From Eledone cirrhosa (lineage: Eukaryota): a DNA stretch of 64,000 bases. Under the pieces are notes generated by a model, which saw only the letters and a list, made by a program, of their open reading frames with translations, was not told the origin of the DNA and made no database searches. The translations under genes were made by a program, and so were the position numbers. Positions 12,960 to 22,904 of this stretch are shown piece by piece. The stretch is from positions 2,294,001-2,358,000 of the forward strand of contig OZ024755.1 in assembly GCA_964016885.1 (NCBI GenBank). Reading direction: 5' to 3'. Within the stretch, counting starts at the first letter, position 1. Each line of letters begins with the position of its first letter.

Positions 12960-14170
12960 GTTAATACTGTTGTAGTTAGTGTTGTAGTTGATAGTGTTAC
13001 TGTTGTTGTTATTACTGTTGTTGTTGTTACTGATGCTAATACTGTTGTAGTTAGTGTGGTAGTTGATAGTGTTATTGCTGTTTTTACTGTTGTAGTTAGT
13101 GTGGTAGTTGAGTGTTGTTGCTGTTGTTACTGTTGTAGTTAGTGTGGTAGTTGAGTGTTATTGCTGTTGTTACTGTTGTAGTTAGTGTGGTAGTTGATAG
13201 TGTTATTGCTGTTTTTACTGTTGTAGTGTGGTAGTTGAGTGTTATTGCTGTTGTTACTGTTGTAGTTAGTGTGGTAGTTGAGTGTTATTGCTGTTGTTAC
13301 TGTTGTAGTTAGTGTGGTAGTTGAGTGTTATTGCTGTTGTTACTGTTGTAGTTAGTGTGGTAGTTGAGTGTTATTGCTGTTGTTACTGTTGTAGTTAGTG
13401 TGGTAGTTGAGTGTTATTGCTGTTGTTACTGTTGTAGTTAGTGTGGTAGTTGAGTGTTATTGCTGTTGTTACTGTTGTAGTTAGTGTGGTAGTTGAGTGT
13501 TATTGGTGTTGTTACTGTTGTAGTTAGTGTGGTAGTTGATAGTGTTATTGCTGTTTTTACTGTTGTAGTTAGTGTGGTAGTTGAGTGTTGTTGCTGTTGT
13601 TACTGTTGTAATTAGTGTGGTAGTTGAGTGTTATTGCTGTTGTTACTGTTGTAGTTAGTGTGGTAGTTGAGTGTTATTGCTGTTGTTACTGTTGTAGTTA
13701 GTGTGGTAGTTGATAGTGTTATTGCTGTTTTTACTGTTGTAGTTAGTGTGGTAGTTGAGTGTTGTTGCTGTTGTTACTGTTGTAGTTAGTGTGGTAGTTG
13801 AGTGTTATTGGTGTTGTTACTGTTGTAGTTAGTGTGGTAGTTGATAGTGTTATTGCTGTTTTTACTGTTGTAGTTAGTGTGGTAGTTGAGTGTTGTTGTT
13901 ACTGTTGTAGTTAGTGTGGTAGTTGAGTGTTATTGCTGTTGTTACTGTTGTAGTTAGTGTGGTAGTTGAGTGTTATTGCTGTTGTTACTGTTGTAGTTAG
14001 TGTGGTAGTTGAGTGTTATTGCTGTTGTTACTGTTGTAGTTAGTGTGGTAGTTGAGTGTTATTGCTGTTGTTACTGTTGTAGTTAGTGTGGTAGTTGTTG
14101 TTGTTACTGATGCTAATACTGTTGTAGTTAGTGTGGTAGTTGATAGTGTTATTGTTGTAGTTAGTGTTGT
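12960..14170. repeat. 43/45-bp minisatellite
   Basis: Unit gttagtgtggtagttgagtgttattgctgttgttactgttgta, with a variant carrying +2 nt (gatagtg); >20 copies. Confidence 0.9.
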
Positions 14171-14969
14171 AGATGATGGTGTTATTGTTGTCGTTGTTAT
14201 AATCAGTATTGCAGTTGTAGTTGTTGTAGATGTTGTTGTTGTTGTTGTTCATATTTTTCTTCCGCTTCTCTCATCCGCTACGACTGCTACCTCAGTTCTT
14301 GCTGCTGCTGTTGCTGAAGCTGCTGCAACTGCTACCTCTGCTGCTGTTATTACTGCTGCTGCTGATGTTGGTACTGCTGCTGCTACTACTGCTGCTGCTC
14401 TTCCTTCTATTAGTATTGCAGGATTTCTCTCACACACACAAACTCCCTCTTTATCTATTTGTCAGCCTCTATCTCTCTCCCTCCCTCAATTTCACCCTCT
14501 CTCTCTTTCTTTCTCTCTTTCTCTCTCTCACTCTCTCTCACTCTTTCACTCTCTCTCTCTCTATATATATATGGAGAGAGAGATGTGTGTGTGAATACTC
14601 TTTATTCGTTCGTACATGCAAAACCTCTCTCTCTCCTTCGTCTCCCTCTCTCTCCTCCCTCTCTCTCCCTCTCTCTCTCTCTCTCCTCCCTCTTTCTCTC
14701 CTCCCTCTCTCTCTCCTCTCTCTCTCTCTCCTCTCTCTCTCTCCTCCCTCTCTCTCTCCTCCCTCTCTCTCTCCTCCCTCTCTCTCTCTCCTCCCTCTCT
14801 CTCTCTCCTCCCCCTCTCTCTCTCTCTAACTCGCTTCCACAACTGACACCACCTCCACAACCTCCACCTCCACCACCTCCACCTCCACCACCACCACCAC
14901 CATCATCACAACTACCTCCACCAATATCATCTGGGAACACGAGGTGGCCTACGCAACATGGAACCATCT

Positions 14970-15175
14970 CGCCCTCCACCCTGTCAATGTCCATTCTCCT
15001 CCCCCTTGCCGCCCTCCACCCTGTCAATGTCCATTCTCCTCCCCCTTGCCGCCCTCCACCCTGTCAATGTCCATTCTCCTCCCCCTTGCCGCCCTCCACC
15101 CTGTCAATGTCCATTCTCCTCCCCCTTGCCGCCCTCCACCCTGTCAATCTCCATTCTCCTCCCCCTTGCCGCCCC
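14970..15175. repeat. 40-bp minisatellite x5
   Basis: gccctccaccctgtcaatgtccattctcctcccccttgcc. Confidence 0.9.
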
Positions 15176-15257
15176 AGTACAACATAACCTCAGACAAACT
15201 GGTGCGCCGGCTCGACCAGCACCGTATGCTTGGCTCAACCTCAGTTCTATCAATTGC

Positions 15258-15510
15258 GACTGGCACACCCCTGGACCGTGACTGGCACACCCCTGGACCG
15301 TGACTGGCACACCCCTGGACCGTGACTGGCACACCCCTGGACCGTGACTGGCACACCCCTGGACCGTGACTGGCACACCCCTGGACCGTGACTGGCACAC
15401 CCCCTGGACCGTGACTGGCACACCCCTGGACCGTGACTGCTGGCACACCCCTGGACCGTGACTGGCACACCCCCTGGACCGCGACTGGCACACCCCCTGG
15501 ACCGTGACTG
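15258..15510. repeat. 22-bp GC-rich minisatellite, ~11 copies
   Basis: gactggcacacccctggaccgt. Confidence 0.9.
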
Positions 15511-16083
15511 CTTGCGCATCGGTGTTTCCTTGGGGTTCAGCCCCCGGGTCTGTTAGCCTCACAAATGGACGGCATGACAATCTTCCCGTTCCGAGGCAGA
15601 AGGCCCTTCACCTGAGATGCTACAAGCTGTGAGACCTTCTCTAACGGCAACATGATGCATTTGGCTCCCAGTCCAGGCTACGCTACCGGCCAAGCTGAAG
15701 AAGGCAAACTATCCATGTAAGGGCTGCTTTCTGATAGGTTTGTAGTAGAGCCTGTGGCAGTGGAACCTTCTGGGGTTCCTGGCCGTCCTACCACATCCCT
15801 ACTTACTGCTATCGGAGTGGGGTTAGCTGTCCACGGGTGCCCACCGCGAGGTGGAGTGGCTGGTCCCTCTCGCCGTCCTTCGTGGTAATGTATTCTCCAT
15901 CCTGTCGGCTGGGACCCAGAGTTCGGAGGGTAAGTTAGTTGGAAATGGAGGGTACGCGTTGGGGCGTCACACGTATATAATACATACATAAATACATACA
16001 TACAAATAAATTAACTTGAGTGATAATGTATATATGCATTTATATAGGTGATAGTGTATGTCTAGATATAGATATATATTTTG

Positions 16084-16112
<29 letters not shown>

Positions 16113-16116
<4 letters not shown>

Positions 16117-16313
16117 CAGAATGGAGGCGGTAAAAACCAGTTAGACCATTACTCACCAGAGTACTCGATACTTGGGGTAGCAGAGTGGGTAATATGAAAA
16201 ATTCAGGACCCCGACGGCTGAGCTCCGACCGTTTCAACAGCTAGATCAGAACAGCTGCTTGGACCTAGCTGTTGAAACGGCTGGAGCTCAGCCGTCGGGG
16301 TCCTGAATTTTTC
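16113..16313. mobile_element. Family A fold-back copy
   Basis: aattcaggaccccgacggctgagctccgaccgtttcaacagctag ... ctagctgttgaaacggctggagctcagccgtcggggtcctgaatt, with (TA)n on both sides. Confidence 0.7.
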
Positions 16314-16369
<56 letters not shown>

Positions 16370-16769
16370 AACCCATAGTTGGGGTGGTCGTTGGATCTGG
16401 GGAGTTCATCGCCCTTTTAACAGCTTTTATTTTGTTTTGTTTGTTTTTGTGTTGCTGCGGTTCCCCTTACCCCCCCCCCCTCACTAGACCAGGATCTGGG
16501 GGGGGGTAGTTTAGTTGTCGACCACTCGACCATGAAGCAGGTTGTACTGGGTTACACAGTACCTGTAGCAGTGAGAAGCCTGACCTGACCTCAATTAAAC
16601 CTAAAAGAACACATTAAGTAATTTTAGTCCTAGATACACTTTAAAATACTGAGTGGTCGGTCATGGCGGGGTTGTCTTGCGTCACAGGTTTGGTTAAACA
16701 ACGATAATCTGAGGGTAACAACAACCACACACCTGATTGCATTTCCTTAGTCGGCACCCCTCCAGTTAA

Positions 16770-16800
<31 letters not shown>

Positions 16801-16812
16801 ATGATCTCGTAC

Positions 16813-16907
16813 GAATGAAACAGTTCTAGTCCTGTACAAGCCATTTCTATATTAAACATTTATATTCTATGTATTGAGTATCTTAATTACTGTGGTTACC
16901 CCTGATT

Positions 16908-16910
<3 letters not shown>
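16813..16910 (+). mobile_element. Family B single arm
   Basis: gaatgaaacagttctagtcctgtacaagccatttctatatt...actgtggttacccctgattgga followed by (CA)n. Confidence 0.65.
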
Positions 16911-16981
<71 letters not shown>

Positions 16982-17000
16982 GTGTGTGTCTGTCTGTCTG

Positions 17001-17034
17001 TCCTTATTTGTGCCCCTGTGGCAAATAAAGAAGC
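17001..17034 (+). mobile_element. ~30-bp 3'-terminal stub of a related Tx1 copy
   Basis: ccttatttgtgcccctgtggcaaataaagaa matches the element 3' end ccttcttttgtgccctcgtggcaaataaatagaa (~22774-22808). Both are followed by TCTA repeats. Confidence 0.75.
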
Positions 17035-17064
17035 ATCTATCTACCTACCTATCTATCTATCTAC

Positions 17065-17107
<43 letters not shown>

Positions 17108-17308
17108 GATAGAGTAAGACACGCTTCGCATCGGCTCCGCTATTCCATCGGGATTTACCCTTACTATTGTAAGTACCGGATAAATTTTTTAGTGCAACAC
17201 ATTTGGAACACTAACCCCTGTTATTTAGGGAAACATTTTTGCATTTACCCCCTTTTTAGGGGGTAAAATAAATATCTATTTTTGCCGAAAAATTTCTTTC
17301 TTGGCAGC

Positions 17309-19144
17309 ATGGCGGAAAAGATGGCAGACATGTCTGCCATTAGCTCTGCCACGCCCCCCAAGTCTGAAGAACAAAAAATAATTACAACAAAATTAGACAT
17401 TGAAACAAACAAACAAAATGAAAAAACAAATGTTAAGGAAAATGAGCAAACAGAAAACAAACAAACAGAAAATAATACAAATAACGACAGGGCAACTTTC
17501 GCCCAGAAAACAAAGCAATCCATTACATACACACCAATTGACCTAACTGCCGCCAGAGAAAAACTGGCCGAAGCAAAGAAACATATTGTTTTGGGGGAAA
17601 ACGGAATGTTTTCCATTAACTCCCCCCCAGAATTCAAGAAAGCCAGAGCAGAAAACACAGTTATATACAGAACTATACTAAACCAGTCAAGAAAGCCAGC
17701 ACAGCCCAGCCAAATGGAAATAGAGTTAGTCCTAAAAGACTATATGAAGAATATTCTCTTCATACGAAAGGACCGACTCTATGGCAGCATTTCGGTCCTA
17801 ACAAGAGACAAAGAAACGGCGGTTCAGCTTTCCCTAAGCCCACTCTCGTCGACAACATATAGCTTCTATCCCTCCTACATGGGTAGAAGAACACAAAGAA
17901 TAAAAGTAAAAACAATGCTGCCCACAATGGACTTCTGGTGGGCTATTGCTGGCTTCATTGATATGGGCGAAGACACTATGCTGTCAATGGGGAAGGCAAC
18001 TGGAGATGCGTTCCTGGGAATGGGCCTCGACATACTAGTCCAAATGAGGCCCGAAAGAATAGCACAAATCCCGGATCGCATCTGGCTGGATGACCTTACC
18101 CCAATAGACATAATTGTAGAGGGGAGAAGACCAGCATGCTATTTATGCATGGAAAGGGGACACGTTAAGGCTAACTGCCCGAAACGTATCCCCCAAAAAG
18201 GACTATTGCCCACACCCACCACAAACAGTACACCAGCACCACCCACCTCCAAAAATACACTAATACCACACACAGCAAACAAAATACAGACACCACCAAC
18301 CACAAACACAACACAAACATCACCACCACCAGCACCAAACACAAGCACGACACAAAAATCACCACCACCAACCACAACACAAACATCACCACCACCATTA
18401 CCAACCACAAGCACGACACAAACATTACCACCACCACCACCACAAAACCCATTCCAAACAAATAATAAAAAAAACAGTAACAAATCTACCCCTCCCGCAA
18501 AAAAAAAACAACCACACAACACGTCCCTCCCACCTAGCGCTGAAGAGTTTCCCCCAACTTCTGAAGAAGAAGGAGGAGAAGCCTTCAGACAAGTTAAAAG
18601 AAAAAAAAGAAAACACACACCCAGCACACCACAAATAACCCACACACAAACACCAACTCCAATCAAAAACACCCCACCCTCAACAAACAAAAATAAATCT
18701 GCGCCTCCCCTCTCCGAAACATTGACAGCATCACAAAAAAAGACGTTGCAATACACATATATAAATAAAGAAAACAAAAAACTGGTTAAATTAATAAACA
18801 ATAACCCTATGGTGCAGACCGAAGGGCCAAACTTTATCTCAACAGAGAACTTCACCCATTTAAAAATGATAAAGGTCCCTCTGGACCTTTATCGTTCCTT
18901 AAAAGAACAATTTAGACGGGACGTGAGCCCCCCCTGTTTAAAACCGTTGAATCGCGTCCTCTTGAAAGATTTCCCCATAACCGCCCCTCTCCCTGACACA
19001 ACTCCAAATACCCCAACCCCACCACACACGTGTACCCCCACACCACCACAAAACATCCCTCCACCCAACACACCTGATGCCATGGAAATTACGCAACCCG
19101 GAGAGGTAAGTGCTTTTCTTTCTTCACTTTCAACACCAAAATAG
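17309..19144 (+). CDS. Retrotransposon ORF1 (nucleic-acid-binding protein with CCHC zinc knuckle and long Pro/Thr/Lys-rich C-terminus)
   Basis: First ATG at 17309 in good context (gcagcATGG); the track start at 17282 is TTG. Contains CYLCMERGHVKANC (C-x2-C-x4-H-x4-C). Stop TAG at 19142-19144, directly before ORF2. Confidence 0.88.
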   Translation: MAEKMADMSAISSATPPKSEEQKIITTKLDIETNKQNEKTNVKENEQTENKQTENNTNNDRATFAQKTKQSITYTPIDLTAAREKLAEAKKHIVLGENGMFSINSPPEFKKARAENTVIYRTILNQSRKPAQPSQMEIELVLKDYMKNILFIRKDRLYGSISVLTRDKETAVQLSLSPLSSTTYSFYPSYMGRRTQRIKVKTMLPTMDFWWAIAGFIDMGEDTMLSMGKATGDAFLGMGLDILVQMRPERIAQIPDRIWLDDLTPIDIIVEGRRPACYLCMERGHVKANCPKRIPQKGLLPTPTTNSTPAPPTSKNTLIPHTANKIQTPPTTNTTQTSPPPAPNTSTTQKSPPPTTTQTSPPPLPTTSTTQTLPPPPPQNPFQTNNKKNSNKSTPPAKKKQPHNTSLPPSAEEFPPTSEEEGGEAFRQVKRKKRKHTPSTPQITHTQTPTPIKNTPPSTNKNKSAPPLSETLTASQKKTLQYTYINKENKKLVKLINNNPMVQTEGPNFISTENFTHLKMIKVPLDLYRSLKEQFRRDVSPPCLKPLNRVLLKDFPITAPLPDTTPNTPTPPHTCTPTPPQNIPPPNTPDAMEITQPGEVSAFLSSLSTPK

Positions 19145-19149
19145 ATCAA

Positions 19150-22100
19150 TTGAGAGTTGGCTGTTTGAACGCGCGTGGCCTGAGCTCAGCTTGGAAGCAA
19201 GCAAAGCTTCTAAGTGACCTCAGGTCACAAAGTATAGATGTGATGGTTGTTTGCGAGAGTCGGATCAGCAGCGTGAGACAGCTGGCGCCCGCCTTCGATG
19301 ACTTTGAGATGCACGCATCTCTCTGTCAACCCGGAGGCGGGGGGGGAGTTGCCGTACTGCTGGATAAACGTCTGACTCTCGACGTACAGATTGTTCACTC
19401 GGACCCGGGGGGTCGATTACTGGTGCTGGACGTCGGAGGTGGTGAAGGCGGGGCTTTCAGACTGGTCGGTCTTTATGCTCCCTTCGGGGCGGAGAGAGCC
19501 GACTTCTTCCAACGTCTGGAGACTTTTCTAGGAACGTCGCGTTCCCTGCTTTTAGTGGGGGACTGGAATGGAATCCTAGATGCGCGTTGGGACTATGCAG
19601 GGGCATGTCCCGATAGAGGGGGGTGTAGCAGCCTCAAGGGGTTACTCGATCGATTCGACCTGGTCGATAGATTTCGACTAGATTGTCCAACTGCGCCAAC
19701 CTGGACCTGGGCAAACCGCAGTGGACAATCTAGATCGTACCTAGATAGGTTTTTGGTTAGGAGTAAGGATAGGGACGTATTTAGTTGTCCAGAACTGATC
19801 ATGGTTGGCTATTCAGATCACAAATTAGTGACCTGCGTGGTCAACCTTGATAGAACGCATAGACAGGGTCCCGGTTACTGGAAGATGAACTTGTCCTTAC
19901 CGACAAAGAAAGATTACAGAAACCGGATTAGTAGCTTAGTTAAGATGCGGTTGACGGGAGCGATCGTCAACAGTAGGTGGTGGATATCTCTAAAGAGAGA
20001 GATTAGAGTAAGTTCGATAGGTTACAGTAAGGAACTAGCGGCGAATAGAAATAGGAGGGAAAGGGAGTTAACAGATAAACTAGAAGAGGCGATTAGGAGC
20101 GGAGACGTAGCCAGAGTGTTAGCGACGAGAACGGCATTGAGCCAGTTCTTTGACGCGAAGCACGAAGGCTGCGTTGTCCGAAGTAAAATACGTGCTTTAG
20201 GAAACGAGGGGACCAAAGCTGTTAGCTGGGCCCGCGTGACAGAAGCCAAGAGTGGGATTAAATCCACCATTCGGTCTTTGCGAGACCAGGATGGACGGGT
20301 GATCCTTGAACCTGAGCGAATGTGCGAGACCTTTCAAAGGCACTTTGCTCGACTGTTCGGAGGTGGCGGGGGGGCGGACGGGGATGTGGACTTCGGTCCA
20401 TACCTCGACGGTCTACCGCGTCTTTCGAGCGGCGAAGCGGAGTGCTGCGAAGGGCCAATCACAGCCACTGAAATCGGGGAAGCGCTCAGCCAATGCAGCA
20501 GACGCAAATCCCCGGGTCTCGATGGTCTACCATACGAACTTTATTTAGCTATGCCGGTCTTGTTCTCCGAACTCCTCGAGGCTGTCTATTGCAACTGGCA
20601 ACAGAACGGGAGAATTCCCTGTTCTGTGACCAAGGGCGTGGTCACGCTAGTGAGGAAGGACGAGAGCAAGGGGGACGACTTAAGTAACTTTAGGCCCATA
20701 ACTCTGCTGAATGCAGAGTTACAGATTTTGGCCAAGGTGTTGGCGAAGAGGTTGGCGCTTGTGGTGGGTGGTTTGGTGGGAGACGCGCAGACATGCGCTA
20801 TCCCGTCCAGGTCCATTCACGACAACCTCCACCTCATGCGATACATCATAGAGAGGGTTGGCTACGAACCCGGCTTTGGTGGGGCCCTGATCAACTTGGA
20901 TCAATCTAAGGCGTTCGATAGGGTCGACCATGGTTACCTGGATGCGGTGCTAGCGGCGGCGGGCTTCGGACCCGTTTTCAGGGGCTGGATTTCTGCCATG
21001 CACAGTGGCAACATCTACTCTAGGATTAAAGTAAACGGCTACCTCTCGGAGCCGTTTCAAATCACCCGATCCATCAGACAGGGGTGCCCCCTCTCCTCCC
21101 TTCTGTACGTATTGACTCTCGAGCCACTGCTGCGGAAGTTGGAGTTGCTGCGGGGCATACCCCTGGAACCGGGATTGCACAAAGCGGTCTCGGCCTATGC
21201 CGACGACGTAACAGTAATGGTGGCGGACGCCTCGGAAATCGGGGCGATCGCCACCCTACTGGAGGAATACGAAAGGCTGACGGGGGCTAAGCTGAACCGG
21301 GACAAGTCAGTCGGTTTGCAACTCGGAACGTGGAGGGGCAAACCGATGCCGTTAGACGGTGTCGTTGGGCGGTGGACGGAGGGCCCGGTGAAGCTGCTCG
21401 GGGTCTGGTTCGGACCGGACCTCCAGGTGGAGAAGAATTGGGGCGAGGTGACGAGCAGGGTGTTTGCGCTGACCCAGAAGTGGGCCAAGTGCAAACTATC
21501 ACTGAAAGGTCGGGCGGAGGTGACGAACGCTTACATAGCGTCCGTCATCTACTACCGCCTGACCGTCGTGCCTTGCCCCAAGGAAAAGCTCACCATCATG
21601 GAACGCATGCTCTTCCAGTTCCTCTGGAAGAAGCGGCCTCCCATGGTGAGGAGATCCATCTGCTGCCAGCACCCTTCGAAAGGAGGGCTGGGTATGCCGT
21701 GGCTGTTGATGCGTAGGCACGCATTGAGGCTACGGCATCTACAGGTATTCCTCAACGGTCAGCCGGTGTGGGCCCCGTTTGTGAGGCGAGCCTTCCCACA
21801 GCTCGTCTCGCTCACCGAACTGCAATCCTGGGTGAAGCAAAGACCGAGAAAACTGGGCAACTGGCACACTGAGTGTGCCCAGGCGCTCACGGCTATCTGG
21901 CAAGCGGACCCGACTGTCAGTGGAGAATCCACCTCGACATTCTATAGAGGGTTGGTGGCTAGCAGGGGCGACGACACCCTTGGAGAGTCGCTAGGCATGG
22001 AGGAGGACGAACTGGCCAGCCTGTTCGGTAGAACTTTCGGCCCGGGACCCATGGACAACTTCCAGAGGTCCCTAGCCTGGCAGTGTTACCGGGGGGCTCT

Positions 22101-22578
22101 GCCCGTTCGAGAAAAGCTCTACAGACACGGGCGCCCGGGCAGGGATCCCGCGAAAAAGATCTGTCCCAGATGCGTGCGCGACGAGGAAACCGTTGCGCAT
22201 GCACTGGTACACTGCCCGGGTGTTGCCGATCTGTGGGGCTACGTCGAACGACTGCTGTCGCGTGTGGCGCCGATTCGATTAACCGCCGAGTCTGTGGTGA
22301 ACATCAAGCCGCCTCCTCCCTTCAGAAATGAAGCAGAGGCGGTCTTTCTGTGCGTAATAGCCATGATGAAAGAGGTTGTGTGGTGGACGCGCCTGAAAGG
22401 TCTGAGGTCGGGTGACTTTCTCTCCGGCCATCACCTGGTTTACTTCTTCCGATACCACTTCGGAAGAAGAATCAGGATGGAGAGAGAAGTGCTTGGTCCC
22501 AGACAGTTTTATGAAAGGTGGGTGAAAGAAGCGAGAATGGCCCGTGTAAATGGGCCTTCTCTCTACATTGTTCTGTAG
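19150..22578 (+). CDS. Retrotransposon ORF2: APE endonuclease + reverse transcriptase + C-terminal CCHC (L1/Tx1 type); start codon uncertain (TTG)
   Basis: APE motifs LNARGL, VCES, GLYAP, VGDWN, YLDRFL, SDHKLV. RT motifs KSPGLDGLP, FRPITLLN, LDQSKAFDRV, RQGCPLS, YADDV. C-terminal GGLG and CPRC..ETVAHALVHC. 1142 codons with no stop. Confidence 0.95.
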   Translation: MRVGCLNARGLSSAWKQAKLLSDLRSQSIDVMVVCESRISSVRQLAPAFDDFEMHASLCQPGGGGGVAVLLDKRLTLDVQIVHSDPGGRLLVLDVGGGEGGAFRLVGLYAPFGAERADFFQRLETFLGTSRSLLLVGDWNGILDARWDYAGACPDRGGCSSLKGLLDRFDLVDRFRLDCPTAPTWTWANRSGQSRSYLDRFLVRSKDRDVFSCPELIMVGYSDHKLVTCVVNLDRTHRQGPGYWKMNLSLPTKKDYRNRISSLVKMRLTGAIVNSRWWISLKREIRVSSIGYSKELAANRNRRERELTDKLEEAIRSGDVARVLATRTALSQFFDAKHEGCVVRSKIRALGNEGTKAVSWARVTEAKSGIKSTIRSLRDQDGRVILEPERMCETFQRHFARLFGGGGGADGDVDFGPYLDGLPRLSSGEAECCEGPITATEIGEALSQCSRRKSPGLDGLPYELYLAMPVLFSELLEAVYCNWQQNGRIPCSVTKGVVTLVRKDESKGDDLSNFRPITLLNAELQILAKVLAKRLALVVGGLVGDAQTCAIPSRSIHDNLHLMRYIIERVGYEPGFGGALINLDQSKAFDRVDHGYLDAVLAAAGFGPVFRGWISAMHSGNIYSRIKVNGYLSEPFQITRSIRQGCPLSSLLYVLTLEPLLRKLELLRGIPLEPGLHKAVSAYADDVTVMVADASEIGAIATLLEEYERLTGAKLNRDKSVGLQLGTWRGKPMPLDGVVGRWTEGPVKLLGVWFGPDLQVEKNWGEVTSRVFALTQKWAKCKLSLKGRAEVTNAYIASVIYYRLTVVPCPKEKLTIMERMLFQFLWKKRPPMVRRSICCQHPSKGGLGMPWLLMRRHALRLRHLQVFLNGQPVWAPFVRRAFPQLVSLTELQSWVKQRPRKLGNWHTECAQALTAIWQADPTVSGESTSTFYRGLVASRGDDTLGESLGMEEDELASLFGRTFGPGPMDNFQRSLAWQCYRGALPVREKLYRHGRPGRDPAKKICPRCVRDEETVAHALVHCPGVADLWGYVERLLSRVAPIRLTAESVVNIKPPPPFRNEAEAVFLCVIAMMKEVVWWTRLKGLRSGDFLSGHHLVYFFRYHFGRRIRMEREVLGPRQFYERWVKEARMARVNGPSLYIVL

Positions 22579-22598
22579 GTGAAGAAGTGAAGAGGAAA

Positions 22599-22666
22599 GG
22601 GGGAGCGCCTCCTCTCTGGGCTTCCCCCGCGAAAAGAGTTGCACACTTTTCGGGGGTATGTGCAAT
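22599..22666 (+). promoter_or_regulatory. Structured 3'UTR of the Tx1 element: hairpin plus H-type pseudoknot
   Basis: Hairpin GGGGGAGC (22599-606)/GCTTCCCC (22620-27). S1 CGAAAAG (22630-36)/CTTTTCG (22646-52). Loop TTGCACA (22639-45) pairs with TGTGCAA (22659-65). Confidence 0.55.
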
Positions 22667-22809
22667 CCCCAACACGCCCCCTCCCTTTTGAGGACTTTTT
22701 ATTGTTATATTATTATTGTTATTCCTTTTTTCTTTACTCGATTTATGTAAACTCCCCCACTGTGTAAATGTCCCCTTCTTTTGTGCCCTCGTGGCAAATA
22801 AATAGAAAT

Positions 22810-22902
<93 letters not shown>

Positions 22903-22904
22903 CA

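Larger units (their letters stand above)
17107..22810 (+). mobile_element. Full-length L1/Tx1-clade non-LTR retrotransposon embedded in (TATC)n
   Basis: ~200-bp 5'UTR, two long uninterrupted ORFs (CCHC ORF1; APE-RT-CCHC ORF2) and a ~230-bp 3'UTR with AATAAA at 22797-22802. (CTAT)n lies at ~17035-17106 and (TATC)n at ~22811-22902. Confidence 0.93.

Noticed and set aside
17107-17160. U2/U6 snRNA target at the Tx1 5' junction (acgcttcgcatcggc)
   Set aside because: Only a few bases resemble snRNA 5' ends, and no snRNA remainder is present at the 3' flank.
22599-22670. HDV-like ribozyme (gcc-tcctctct-ggg resembles P3/L3)
   Set aside because: No convincing P1 and no GG for P1.1; hairpin plus pseudoknot explains the pairing better.
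17875-22675. Antisense and alternative-frame ORFs inside the Tx1 element
   Set aside because: Shadows of the real ORFs; no motifs.
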